DNA of 64,000 nucleotides, taken from the NCBI GenBank assembly GCA_965222115.1, contig CBDCTJ010000007.1, forward strand, positions 960,001-1,024,000. Reading direction: 5' to 3'. This DNA comes from Planctomycetota bacterium (GTDB lineage Bacteria > Planctomycetota > PLA2 > JAEUHO01). Positions 10,211 through 25,379 of this stretch are shown in pieces; the first letter of the stretch is position 1; each line of letters opens with the position of its first letter. The notes under the pieces were generated by a model that saw nothing but the letters and a program-made list of their open reading frames with translations, had not been told where the DNA came from and ran no database searches. Made by a program: the position numbers and the translations under genes.

Positions 10211-10795
10211 ATGGTTCAGTCCAGGATACACACGCGCGTTGATCGCTTCGCCGCATTGGCTTTCGCATGTCTAGCGATGTCCGCATGCCAGACGCAGCCT
10301 GCCGGCAACAAGATTCCTCAGCGAGCCAGCGTGCTACCCACCGTCGCCGGGCGTGCCAGTCCAAATTACTCCTCCGCGGTCGATGCGCGCGACGCCTACA
10401 CCCGCCAGAGCGAGAACGGCTCCTTGGTCGCTATCTTAGAAGACGCAGCGTGGCTACGTTACGAAGGCACACCTGAGCAAGTTGAATCGAAGCACAAGTC
10501 CTACTTCAAGGACGGCTACACGACGTTTCAAGTCGTCATGAATCCCGATGAATTCACGCAGCCCAATAAAGAGGTCTTCATCTTGGAAGATAGCTCGGGC
10601 CGACGGTTCCGGGGCAATCCGGTGACCTACAAGAGCGCCATGGAATGGCACGACCGCAAGTACCGCTTTGAGTTTCAATTGAGCTTCCAACATGCCGTTA
10701 GCGCGGACACGCGTTGGATCAAACTCACGCGTGAAGCCGATGGGTCTACGGTGCGTTGGGATTTCAACGATCGCCATGTTGCTAAGAAGACGTGA
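10211..10795 (+). CDS. Hypothetical lipoprotein
   Basis: Signal peptide with lipobox-like LAMSAC. Confidence 0.7.
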   Translation: MVQSRIHTRVDRFAALAFACLAMSACQTQPAGNKIPQRASVLPTVAGRASPNYSSAVDARDAYTRQSENGSLVAILEDAAWLRYEGTPEQVESKHKSYFKDGYTTFQVVMNPDEFTQPNKEVFILEDSSGRRFRGNPVTYKSAMEWHDRKYRFEFQLSFQHAVSADTRWIKLTREADGSTVRWDFNDRHVAKKT

Positions 10796-10807
10796 ACTTA
10801 GTCCGGG

Positions 10808-12028
10808 CTAGAGCATCGTTCCCCGCGCCACGCGATCGAGGACGTCGTCAATGCGACCCCCGGTGTGAGGAATGGCGTGAATCCCCACCGCACGCAGTAG
10901 GGTCAATGCGCGATCGCTGAATCCGGTGGCGACAACGGCACGACACCCCAAAAGACTTTGCAGAAACACCTGCGCGTTGCCTACGCCATCCACGTGGCGA
11001 CGGAGATCATGCGGACGTCGTCGCGTGCCCAAGTGGCGGATGGAATCCGGCATTACGCGAAATACATGCAACACGTCGGCTCGCTCAAGACTCGTATCAA
11101 TCAGTACACCGTCGCGGGACGCTACGGCCACAAGCTGCGTACGCCTGCGTGGTAAGTGAGTCCCGCCGTTGTCTTCCGGCGATTCCATAAGCACATGCGC
11201 CAACCCGTCATCGGGAAGCGTGTGGGGATCGACGACTTCAAAGCGCGACGGTCGCAGCCACGCACGCAAGAGCCCTTCCACCGACGAACGCTCGTCGTGG
11301 TCGATCCGACCAAAGTGCTTTGCAACCGATGCTGTCGCGACACGCATTTCGTGCGTAGTGGGCATCGTGAGCCGAAAGTCATGGGCCGCGATATTCGGCG
11401 TGGGCGTCAAGAGATCCATGCGTTCCGCACCCGCCGCCCGCGCACGCATCGCCAGCGTCTCGACGTCTTCAAAATTAACGAGGGGGTGCACCGTGGTGCG
11501 AACGGCCACGGGCAGTCCCGCCGCATGCGCCAATCCAAACGCGCGGTGGCTGGACTCGACATACAACGCCGCCGCACGATCAACGTCGAGCGTCTCGCCG
11601 CGAAAGCGCGCACCCCGAACGAGTTTGCGGGCGCTACGTTCCGTTGCAGCGTCCATTCGGACCACGACATACGCGACGCCCAGCGACGTGAGTTCGCTCG
11701 TGTATTCCGACAGCAACGGACCATCAATAACCATGCCCACCCGCACGTCGGGGTGGTGGTCCTGAAGCAATGCCAGCGCACGCAAGATGTCGGCGGCACT
11801 GGCAAGCGGATCGCCCGGGCCGTCAAACTCAACGACCAACGGTCCTTGGCGATGGCGTCGCGCGCGCCCAGTAAGTCGCAGAACGTCGGGCACGTCCAGG
11901 TGGACCGGCATACGCGATGGGTCGCGATCCAATCGGTGAAGCAACGGCGTGGATGCCGCCGCCAGGCGCAAGAGCTGCACGCGAAGCTTGGGGTGCGCAT
12001 CAGAGGATGGGTGCGGCGGCGAGGTCAT
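10808..12028 (-). CDS. NifB-architecture protein (radical-SAM-like barrel plus NifX/NifB C-terminal domain) lacking Fe-S cysteine motifs
   Basis: DGPGDPLA...HPDVRVGMVIDGPLL...V.VRTTVHPLVN tracks the NifB core. LVAVASRDGVLID...LLGCRAVVATGF...LRAVGI matches the NifX-like domain. No CxxxCxxC. Confidence 0.75.
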   Translation of the reverse strand: MTSPPHPSSDAHPKLRVQLLRLAAASTPLLHRLDRDPSRMPVHLDVPDVLRLTGRARRHRQGPLVVEFDGPGDPLASAADILRALALLQDHHPDVRVGMVIDGPLLSEYTSELTSLGVAYVVVRMDAATERSARKLVRGARFRGETLDVDRAAALYVESSHRAFGLAHAAGLPVAVRTTVHPLVNFEDVETLAMRARAAGAERMDLLTPTPNIAAHDFRLTMPTTHEMRVATASVAKHFGRIDHDERSSVEGLLRAWLRPSRFEVVDPHTLPDDGLAHVLMESPEDNGGTHLPRRRTQLVAVASRDGVLIDTSLERADVLHVFRVMPDSIRHLGTRRRPHDLRRHVDGVGNAQVFLQSLLGCRAVVATGFSDRALTLLRAVGIHAIPHTGGRIDDVLDRVARGTML

Positions 12029-12125
12029 GCATGAATGATTCTCAGTCGAGGCCGTCCATGGGCCAAACATCTCCGCCTTGAACCGACTCGGATATCATCA
12101 CGCGCATTGCTTCGATGCCCGATTC

Positions 12126-12140
12126 CTGTCACGGTGACAG
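12126..12140. promoter_or_regulatory. Perfect palindrome CTGTCAC-G-GTGACAG in a divergent intergenic region, candidate operator
   Basis: 7-bp arms with a 1-nt spacer, between the NifB-like gene and the divergent membrane-protein gene. Confidence 0.4.
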
Positions 12141-12184
12141 AACGGCACAGATCACATACGACAATTCGCGATCTGGCAGTCGCG

Positions 12185-12958
12185 ATGCGGCAATTGCGAT
12201 ATGGGTTTCTTTTGACCACGCCAAGCTCAGCGCCTAAGCATCCCGCTCCCGAGCGTACGTGGCGTCCGCTCAGTGGTTTGGCCGTATTGAGTTTCATCTT
12301 GGCAGTTGCCGGCGTCGTTGTGTCGCTCTACTGGTGGTGGGTAGAGATCATTCCATTCATATTGGGATTGGGCGTGCTCTTCGGCGTGTCGCGTCGTTTG
12401 CGCCGTGGGCATGCTCTGGCCATCGCGGCCGTTGTGATTTCGTTGGCTGTTGGTTCGTGCAGCTATCGCGCCAATGCGGACCACAAACGTCATATTCGCG
12501 AAGTGTCCACGTCGCTCCTCTCCGCGCTTAGGCCCGATATCGCAGGCGACGTGCGTGATGATGCGATGCGCCCTTGGTTTCGCACCGACGCCCTGGATCG
12601 TGGCGTGCTCGATGACGTCATCAAGCGCCACCATGTTGTCGAAGCGGAGTTTGGATCATTTCAAGGCGAGGTCGATACCGGCGGCTTCTTTGATAGCGCA
12701 TTCCAGCGTTGGACTCAACCGCATCACTTGGTTGAGATCGGAAACGATACACCTGCGCCGCCACTCCAGGTCGGCACCGTGTGGTGGGTTCCCGCGAGCT
12801 ACGAACGCGGCACGGTGTTTGTGGGCGTCCATTTGTTTCAGGGCAAGCCCGATCTTGGGCAAATGTTGGGACTCGCGCGCGAAGGCAAAATGAAACCGGG
12901 CGTCCGCGCGCCGATTGTGGCCGATTTGCGCTTCTACCGCCAAGGGGACGGTAAGTAG
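12185..12958 (+). CDS. Membrane protein (DUF4190-like N-terminal TMs plus soluble domain)
   Basis: SGLAVLSFILA...LGLG..GVSRRLRRGHALAIAAVVIS pattern. Start uncertain (ATG 12185 or TTG 12212). Confidence 0.65.
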   Translation: MRQLRYGFLLTTPSSAPKHPAPERTWRPLSGLAVLSFILAVAGVVVSLYWWWVEIIPFILGLGVLFGVSRRLRRGHALAIAAVVISLAVGSCSYRANADHKRHIREVSTSLLSALRPDIAGDVRDDAMRPWFRTDALDRGVLDDVIKRHHVVEAEFGSFQGEVDTGGFFDSAFQRWTQPHHLVEIGNDTPAPPLQVGTVWWVPASYERGTVFVGVHLFQGKPDLGQMLGLAREGKMKPGVRAPIVADLRFYRQGDGK

Positions 12959-13089
12959 TCCCGACGCCATCTGACGAACGCCTTGAACCTTTGGGGTGTC
13001 TAGCGCCACGTCCATCGGCCTCTTGGTACGATGCGATTCGAATGGCATGGCGCGCCATGCGTCTGAAATCGAACTCGAGGTACTGGGCC

Positions 13090-14688
13090 ATGAAGTTACC
13101 CCTCCGTCTTGCTGCTGGACTGGTCGTTGTCTTCGCCATCGCTGGATTGCCCCATGCCGTGGCCAAGCTTGGCAATGCCGAGCTCAAGGAGCTCGAAGGT
13201 CGATTCAATGACCTCTTCAAGGGCCCCGGCGATCCTGACGGCAAGAAGGATGTCTTGACCCAGTTGGCGAGTGACGCGCAGCCGCGCTCGCTCAAGATGT
13301 TGGCTGATGGGCTGTTGAAGCAATGTGTCATTCTCTGGGACCTTCGAGCGGAACTTCAGCAAGTCACCGTCGAGCATGCCGATGCCATGAATCGCAGATT
13401 CAAAGGAACGCACAACGCGCTTGAAAAGGAACTCCAGGAACTGCAGGGAAAGCTTAAGGATCTCGACGCGTCGGTTGCGTCGGAATCCGAAGTGATGGAT
13501 ACCGCGATTGACGCGGTTGCCAGTGCGCCGGAAGCGTTGCGCAAAAACATCTTTCGTCGCGCGAAGACGTCCAAGCAATGGGTATACCGGGCGGCCGCCG
13601 CGCGCATTGCGGGTGCCAAGATGGCCGAAGAGAAGAACGCTCGGCTCTTTGTCCAGCGCGTCCTTATTGGCGACAAGGACCGTCGCGTTCGTTCGGCTGC
13701 ATTGGAAATGGTTGGACAGGCAGAATCAGACTGGGAAGAGTTGGTGATGGGCCGCTTGGGCGATGCCGATTGGGGCGTGCAGCTCATGGCGGTTCGTATC
13801 CTGCATGAGCGCGACTACAAGCCGGCCGTGCCGCATTTGATTCAGGCATTGGGCAAGACCACGCCGCGCGTGGCCGAGGCCATGGGCGCGGCGCTTCAAC
13901 ACTTCACCGGCGAAAAGATTGAGCCGTTTGCTGACGCATGGCAGCGTTGGTGGGAAGATCACAAGGAGGATTGGGACAGCAAGGTCGAGGTCAAGAAGCA
14001 GAAGAAGGAAGAGTTTAAGTCGGTCCATTTCTATGGCATGGAGGTGAAGTCCGACAAGGTCATTTTCATTATCGACGTATCCAAGTCGATGGAGCTAGAA
14101 ACCAAGAACCACAATCCGCGCGAAAAGTGGAAGCCGGCCGGACCCACAACAGGTGGCGGGAAAGCGCCGCCGCCTCCGCCTCCGCCGCCCGAGATTCTTA
14201 GTGGGCCCAAGATCGACGTGGCCAAGCATGAGTTGAAAAAGGCCATTTCCGGGCTCGCGAGCGATGCCAAGTTCACCATTATCGCATTCAAGAGCGTGGC
14301 AAAGGCGTGGCGTCCCCAATTGGTTGAGGCCAACAAGAAGAATAAGGCCGCCGCGCTCAAATGGGTGCGCAACATGAAGCCAAGTGGCGTGACCTACATC
14401 GACGGCGCATTGCGCTTGGCATTTCAAATTGGCGGCGTTACGAATGTCGATGATAAGTACGCCTCCGATCAAGTGGACACCATTGTGCTTGTGTCCGATG
14501 GCGCGCCGACCGACAACAAGATGCCCAAGCCCAAGCTGATGGATCCAGAGATAATTTTGAAGCACGTCCGCGAATGGAATGCGAAGAAGAAGGTTGTGAT
14601 TAACTGCATTAGTGTGGACATGCTTCCTGGCGTGAAGTTCATGAAAGACCTCGCCGACCAAAATGGCGGCAAACACATCGATCGTTAA
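13090..14688 (+). CDS. Secreted HEAT-repeat plus VWA domain protein
   Basis: Signal peptide; HEAT motifs DKDRRVRSAALE and LGDADWGVQLMAV; WQRWW; FYG..VKSDKVIFIIDVSKSM MIDAS; LVSDGAPT. Confidence 0.85.
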   Translation: MKLPLRLAAGLVVVFAIAGLPHAVAKLGNAELKELEGRFNDLFKGPGDPDGKKDVLTQLASDAQPRSLKMLADGLLKQCVILWDLRAELQQVTVEHADAMNRRFKGTHNALEKELQELQGKLKDLDASVASESEVMDTAIDAVASAPEALRKNIFRRAKTSKQWVYRAAAARIAGAKMAEEKNARLFVQRVLIGDKDRRVRSAALEMVGQAESDWEELVMGRLGDADWGVQLMAVRILHERDYKPAVPHLIQALGKTTPRVAEAMGAALQHFTGEKIEPFADAWQRWWEDHKEDWDSKVEVKKQKKEEFKSVHFYGMEVKSDKVIFIIDVSKSMELETKNHNPREKWKPAGPTTGGGKAPPPPPPPPEILSGPKIDVAKHELKKAISGLASDAKFTIIAFKSVAKAWRPQLVEANKKNKAAALKWVRNMKPSGVTYIDGALRLAFQIGGVTNVDDKYASDQVDTIVLVSDGAPTDNKMPKPKLMDPEIILKHVREWNAKKKVVINCISVDMLPGVKFMKDLADQNGGKHIDR

Positions 14689-14700
14689 TCCGGACGATTC

Positions 14701-15486
14701 ATGAAGCGCGCGTCGATGAGCGAACGAACGTCGCGCGGTGATGCCGCTTCGCAGGGCCAGTTGGGCTTGTGGCGTGGGGCCAAGTGGATTCGGTTGGGAC
14801 GCGTTGCGGGCGTATCGATTGCGATTGATGCCGGGTTGCTGGTGTTGTTGGCCGGTGGACTCGTGTTGGGTCTCGCGGCCCCGTCGCCGGGTACCCGAGC
14901 ACTCTCGATCGCGCTCGTGTTGGCATCGGTAGTGGTTCATGAGTTGGGCCATGCGTTGATGGCGCGCACGCTCGGCGTTTCGGTGGGCGGTGTCTACTTG
15001 CATGTGGTTCCCTTCGCAGCCATTGATGCGGGTGAACCCGAATCCAAAAGCGATGGGAACAAAATGTTGTGCATTGCGCTTGCCGGGCCGATGGCGAGTA
15101 TGCTCGTTGCAAGCGTCTGCTGGCTCCTGGGCGCGCGCTTTGCGCTCGGCGACACGTCGGCCGAGCGTCTTTTGGATCTACCGCCCTTGACGCTCTTGCT
15201 ATGGGTGAATGCGGTGATGGGCACAGTGAACCTTTTGCCCGCATTGCCGGTGGACGGTGGGCGCGCGCTTGAGGCCTGGGTGCGCCCGCGCGTTTCGTGG
15301 CGACGACGACACGGCATTCTTGCGGGTTGCGGATGGGCCGTGGCCCTTGGCGTAGCCGTTGTCGCCTATGTCACCTCCATGCCGCTTCGGCTTCCGATCG
15401 CGTTGCTTGCCGGCATCTTCCTACTCACCGCCATTCATTTGGGTACCGCCATCTTTCGCCGACCATCTGAAAATGAACGCACCTAG
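14701..15486 (+). CDS. Site-2 protease (M50) family intramembrane metalloprotease
   Basis: HELGH, IALAGP and NLLPALPVDGG motifs. Confidence 0.9.
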   Translation: MKRASMSERTSRGDAASQGQLGLWRGAKWIRLGRVAGVSIAIDAGLLVLLAGGLVLGLAAPSPGTRALSIALVLASVVVHELGHALMARTLGVSVGGVYLHVVPFAAIDAGEPESKSDGNKMLCIALAGPMASMLVASVCWLLGARFALGDTSAERLLDLPPLTLLLWVNAVMGTVNLLPALPVDGGRALEAWVRPRVSWRRRHGILAGCGWAVALGVAVVAYVTSMPLRLPIALLAGIFLLTAIHLGTAIFRRPSENERT

Positions 15487-16324
15487 CCCTACGGCACGAT
15501 TTACAGGCACGTCCACCTACGTAGCGACCGACGACTTGCTCGTGGCCGTCAACGCGGCGTTAATCTTGGAGCGCCCCCTACTGATCAAGGGGGAGCCTGG
15601 CACCGGCAAAACAGTGTTGGCGCATGAAGTCGCCACGGCCCTCAAGCGTCCATTGATTGAGTGGCATATCAAGTCGTCAACGAAGGCGCAGAACGGTCTC
15701 TATGAGTACGATGCGGTGGCACGCCTGCGCGATTCACAGCTCGGCGACGATCGCGTACACGACATTCGCAACTACATCGTGCGTGGCAAACTGTGGGAGG
15801 CGTTTACGCAGTCTGACGGCGCAGTGCTCTTGATCGATGAAATCGATAAAGCCGACATTGAGTTTCCCAACGATCTCCTGCAGGAACTCGACCGCATGGA
15901 GTTTGACGTCTATGAAACCAAGGAGACGGTACGCGCCAGCACGCGTCCGCTTGTGATCATCACGTCCAACAACGAAAAGGAGCTACCCGACGCGTTCTTG
16001 CGCCGTTGTTTCTTCCACTACATTCGCTTTCCCGACCCCGAAACGATGGCAGCGATCGTGGAAACCCACTTCCCTGGCATCAAGCAAGACGTCATGCAGC
16101 AGGCCCTCACGGCCTTTTATGGCATACGCGATGTACCGAGTTTGAAAAAGCGCCCATCCACCTCCGAACTCCTCGATTGGATTCGACTCTTGACCGCGGA
16201 GGGCATTCGACCCGAGGCGGCCGCGGGTGAAACCGGATTGCCCCCGCTGCATGGCGCGCTGCTCAAGAACGAGCAGGACGTGGCCATGACGCGGCATCAC
16301 CAGTCAAGAGGGCGCCGACGGTGA
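15473..16324 (+). CDS. MoxR-family AAA+ ATPase (CoxD-like)
   Basis: GEPGTGKT, YEYDAVARLRDSQ, LIDEIDKAD and ELPDAFLRRC. Confidence 0.92.
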   Translation: MNAPSPTARFTGTSTYVATDDLLVAVNAALILERPLLIKGEPGTGKTVLAHEVATALKRPLIEWHIKSSTKAQNGLYEYDAVARLRDSQLGDDRVHDIRNYIVRGKLWEAFTQSDGAVLLIDEIDKADIEFPNDLLQELDRMEFDVYETKETVRASTRPLVIITSNNEKELPDAFLRRCFFHYIRFPDPETMAAIVETHFPGIKQDVMQQALTAFYGIRDVPSLKKRPSTSELLDWIRLLTAEGIRPEAAAGETGLPPLHGALLKNEQDVAMTRHHQSRGRRR

Positions 16325-17502
16325 GTGCCCTCTTTGGCCAGTTCTTCTACGCGTTACGTGCCTACGATGTGCCTGTGAGTCTGCGCGAATACCTCACATT
16401 GCTTGAGGGTGTGGCCAAGGGACTTGCCAGTTTTCGTGTGGACGACTTCTACGTATTGAGTCGCGCATGCCTCGTCAAGGATGAGCGGCATATCGATAAA
16501 TTTGATCGGGTATTTGGCCACATCTTTCGCGGCATGGAATTGTTAACCGATCCGCAGCAGGAGATTCCTGAGGCATGGCTGCGCCGTTTGGCCGAGCGCT
16601 TCCTCGGCCCCGATGAATTGGAGAAGATCCAGGCGCTGGGCGGTTTTGATGAACTCATGCGCACCTTGATGGAGCGACTCAAGGAACAACAGGAGCGGCA
16701 TCAGGGCGGAAACAAGTGGATTGGCACGGGCGGAACGTCACCTTTTGGGGCGTGGGGCGCCAATCCCTTTGGCGTGCGCATCGGACAGCATCGATCGCGT
16801 CACCGTCGCGCCGTCAAGGTGTGGGACGCACGCGAGTTTCGAGATTTTGATGACAGTCGCGAACTGGGTACACGCAACATCAAGGTGGCGCTGCGGCGAT
16901 TGCGGAAGGTCGTACGCGAAGGGCGCGAGTGGGATCTCAATGTGGACCACACCATTCGCGCCACCGCCAAGAACGCGGGCTATCTCGACATGGTGTGGGA
17001 GCGCTCGCGTGAAAACCGTGTGAAAGTGTTGCTCCTGCTCGATGTGGGTGGCTCGATGGACGATCACGTGCAATCCGTGGAAGAGCTGTTTTCTGCGGCG
17101 CGTGCGGAGTTCAAGCATCTCGAAGTGTTCTATTTCCACAACTGCCTCTATGAGGAAGTGTGGCGCGACAATCAGCTACGTCATCGCGACCGCACCAGCA
17201 CGTTGGAGCTCATGCACACCTACGGCCCCGACTACAAGGTGATGTTTGTGGGCGACGCCAGCATGAGTCCCTACGAGATCACCGAAGTTGGAGGGTCCGT
17301 CGAACATTGGAATCCCGAGAGCGGTCAAATGTGGCTGCGTCGCGCGCGGCGCACGTGGAAGCACTGTGTGTGGATCAATCCCGTGCCGGAGGCCCACTGG
17401 GGATTTACCTATTCCATTCAGATGATCCGCAATCAGTTCGAGGGGCGGATGGTGCCGCTCACGCTTGAAGGGCTCGAGCGTGCCACCAAGGCGTTGAGCT
17501 AA
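16321..17502 (+). CDS. VWA domain CoxE-like protein
   Basis: HQGGNKWIGTGGTSPFG, LDVGGSMD, YFHNCLY and FVGDASMSPYE; GTGA overlap with the ATPase stop. Confidence 0.9.
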   Translation: MSALFGQFFYALRAYDVPVSLREYLTLLEGVAKGLASFRVDDFYVLSRACLVKDERHIDKFDRVFGHIFRGMELLTDPQQEIPEAWLRRLAERFLGPDELEKIQALGGFDELMRTLMERLKEQQERHQGGNKWIGTGGTSPFGAWGANPFGVRIGQHRSRHRRAVKVWDAREFRDFDDSRELGTRNIKVALRRLRKVVREGREWDLNVDHTIRATAKNAGYLDMVWERSRENRVKVLLLLDVGGSMDDHVQSVEELFSAARAEFKHLEVFYFHNCLYEEVWRDNQLRHRDRTSTLELMHTYGPDYKVMFVGDASMSPYEITEVGGSVEHWNPESGQMWLRRARRTWKHCVWINPVPEAHWGFTYSIQMIRNQFEGRMVPLTLEGLERATKALS

Positions 17503-17600
17503 ATCAGGTGATGCATACATTCGTCGGGCTTAAGTAGTCCCGCTCGAATTTGAGCTGCGCCGGTACGATGGGTCGTGGCTGGACCGAGGATCCTTGACTC

Positions 17601-20162
17601 ATGTCGTCAAACGTGCGCGCATTGCTTCTGCTCATGGCCTTCGCGGCCGTTGTGACCCTTGGCGTCATGTGGTTTTTGGATGGGTTCGATGGCGGCGATC
17701 GCGACGTGAGCACGGTCACCTACGACGAAGAGGCACGCAGCAACGAGCTTCTGACCGAGCTTCGTTCCACTGCCGACAGGCGCCGTGTACCTGGCTTAGA
17801 GACCGTTGGGCTTGAGGGGAAAGGCGCGGGCACGGGCCACTTGCGCGGCGAGGTGTATCTCTTTGTTGCGGGCAAATCGGGGCGCCCGCTGCCGGGTGTG
17901 AAGGTCAAAATTCTCGGTTATCGAAAGGGCCTGCCTGAACTTCACCTGGAAGAAGTCACCAACGAAAAGGGCGTCTTTCACTTCCGCGACGTACCTGTGT
18001 TTCTAAACGGCGTATTGTTGATTCATCATCCGCCGTATCGCGAGTACCTCCTACGCGGCATGAGCGTGCTCAAAGACCGCACCAAAGACGTGGGGAGGAT
18101 TCGATTGGGGGCGCCCACGTCCTTGCAGGGCGAAGTGCTCGACGCTCGCGGACGTCCGGTCACAGGGGCACGCGTGCAAGTGCTCAAGGACCGCAGTCGA
18201 CGCGACAGCTTCGATATTCATCGCGCCTTGCGCGAACTTCAGACCGAGGGAGCGCCGATGGCGCAATCGGCGGTTGCCGAGGACGGCTCGTTTCGTATTG
18301 GCGATCTGCCACCGGGGCAGTACGTACTGCGGGTGAGTGCGCCCGGGTTCGCAACAACGTTTCGCGCGGGCGTGTATGTTTCAGCCGACGAGAACAGCAC
18401 GCGTGTGCGCATTGTCTTGGATGAAGGTGCGGGCTACAAGGGGTATGTGCGCGATGAGAAAGGCCAGGCCGTTGCTGGCGCGCGCATTATCGCCGTTATT
18501 GCGCAGAGCCAAAAGATGACGCGGCTAGACCGCATGGATGCTCAATCCGATGCACACGGATACTACGAACTCAATTCACTCGTGCCCGGCGTGCGTTACT
18601 TTATCTCTGCAGCGGCCGATGGATACGCGTCCAGTGCCATGGTGCTCACACCGTCTGCCAAGGTTCAGCAGCGCAACATCACACTGAAGCCCAGTGGCCG
18701 AATTGTGGGGCGTATCACAGACAAAGAAACCGGGCAACCCATCGCCGCCGCCCATGTCGGTCTACTAGCGGGACAAATGATGTCGATGTCGCCCGTTGCG
18801 ACGACGACGAATGAACATGGTGAATACGAGTTTCCCCATGTTTCACCAGGTCCTATCTTGGGTCTTACCGTTTCCGCCGAAGGGTATCAACAAAGCGACG
18901 TATTGGACGCGCTCGCGGTGGGTGCTAAGACTGTTCTCGCGGGTCAAGAAACGCGGCTGGACTGGACACTGGTCGCGGGCGGTTCGATTGAAGGCCATGT
19001 ACGGGCGCGTGACGGAAGGCCTGTGCCCTATGCGACTGTGGCGTTTTATGATCGTCGGCGTGCCTACCACGGTGAGCGAACGTCCGTTACCGGGGTGGAC
19101 GGCTCGTACCGCATAGTTGGATTGCGTGCCGCGAAATACGAAGTGCGTATAACCGCTCCGGGCTACGCCCCACCGCACGACAAACGCGTGGCGGAGTTTG
19201 TCATGCCCAAGGCACTCGGTGAGCACGAGCATCCCATCGTGATTGACCGGGGTGCGGTCATCCATGGCGTCGTGAAGAATCCACAGGGCGAACCGCAGGC
19301 CGGTGCACGCATTCAGTTGCTGGCGCTAGGCAACAGCGCCGCTCAGCGTCGCGTGCAAGACATCAAGACGGTTACTGGGAGTACCGGCGCCTACGTGCTC
19401 TACGGCGTCCCGGTTGAGATGCCGCTCAAGATCGTGGCCGAGCATGATGAGTTTGCTTCTGCCGAAAGTGCACGTTACGAGTTTCCTCCGGGGGCCGATC
19501 AAGTTGTTCACCTGCAACTGCGGGCCGGCATTTCGCTATCAGGTTTCGTCGTCGACCAAGACGGGCGAAAGCTAGAAGGAGCTCGCGTGCGTTGGGGTCT
19601 CATTCGCGATGCACACGATCGGGCGCTTCGCGATTCGTACCGGGCCGATGAACTATTGGGTACGCGGGTGGTTCGTAGCGACCAACGGGGTGAATTCGTA
19701 GTGGATGGGTTGCGGCAAGGCGGGCTCTTGCTCAAAGTCGAGCACGAAGGCTATGCCACGTGGTACCGGCGCGACCTGGTGATCACAGACGGGGAGTTGG
19801 AGGAGTTGCGCGTGGAGCTTCAAGGCGCGCTTGCGGTGAGCGGGCGTGTGATGTCAGCAGCCACAGGACGCGCGTTGGCGGGCGCCTATGTCTACGCCAT
19901 TGAGAAGGGCCCCGCCGAGGGACAAGAGGATGATCCCGGTCACGTCAATGTGCTTGTGAATGGGGAGACCGGCGTCGACGGTCGCTTTCATTTGGATGGC
20001 ATTCCACCGCGTCGCCTCGATGTCGTGGTGTGGTTTGCGCCGGGACATGTCGGTGCGGCCCAAAACCGCGCGGATCCATCCAATCGCAAACGCAACGTGT
20101 CGGCCGGCGCATCCAATTTGGTGTTTCACCTCAAACCGGTTGGCAAGGTTGAGGGGGAATAG
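17601..20162 (+). CDS. Membrane-anchored protein with multiple carboxypeptidase regulatory-like (transthyretin-fold) repeats
   Basis: N-terminal TM; repeated G.V.D..G.PV.GA.V...T...G.F.....PG.Y.L.V.A.GY units. Confidence 0.85.
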   Translation: MSSNVRALLLLMAFAAVVTLGVMWFLDGFDGGDRDVSTVTYDEEARSNELLTELRSTADRRRVPGLETVGLEGKGAGTGHLRGEVYLFVAGKSGRPLPGVKVKILGYRKGLPELHLEEVTNEKGVFHFRDVPVFLNGVLLIHHPPYREYLLRGMSVLKDRTKDVGRIRLGAPTSLQGEVLDARGRPVTGARVQVLKDRSRRDSFDIHRALRELQTEGAPMAQSAVAEDGSFRIGDLPPGQYVLRVSAPGFATTFRAGVYVSADENSTRVRIVLDEGAGYKGYVRDEKGQAVAGARIIAVIAQSQKMTRLDRMDAQSDAHGYYELNSLVPGVRYFISAAADGYASSAMVLTPSAKVQQRNITLKPSGRIVGRITDKETGQPIAAAHVGLLAGQMMSMSPVATTTNEHGEYEFPHVSPGPILGLTVSAEGYQQSDVLDALAVGAKTVLAGQETRLDWTLVAGGSIEGHVRARDGRPVPYATVAFYDRRRAYHGERTSVTGVDGSYRIVGLRAAKYEVRITAPGYAPPHDKRVAEFVMPKALGEHEHPIVIDRGAVIHGVVKNPQGEPQAGARIQLLALGNSAAQRRVQDIKTVTGSTGAYVLYGVPVEMPLKIVAEHDEFASAESARYEFPPGADQVVHLQLRAGISLSGFVVDQDGRKLEGARVRWGLIRDAHDRALRDSYRADELLGTRVVRSDQRGEFVVDGLRQGGLLLKVEHEGYATWYRRDLVITDGELEELRVELQGALAVSGRVMSAATGRALAGAYVYAIEKGPAEGQEDDPGHVNVLVNGETGVDGRFHLDGIPPRRLDVVVWFAPGHVGAAQNRADPSNRKRNVSAGASNLVFHLKPVGKVEGE

Positions 20163-20172
20163 CCTCGCGGGA

Positions 20173-25379
<5,207 letters not shown>

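Noticed and set aside
12052-12188. Additional GG-N10-GC sigma-54-like motifs flanking the palindrome near the NifB-like gene
   Set aside because: Poor -12 elements (ATGC, CGGC), common by chance at this GC content. The palindrome is TGT-N7-ACA, not the NifA TGT-N10-ACA site.
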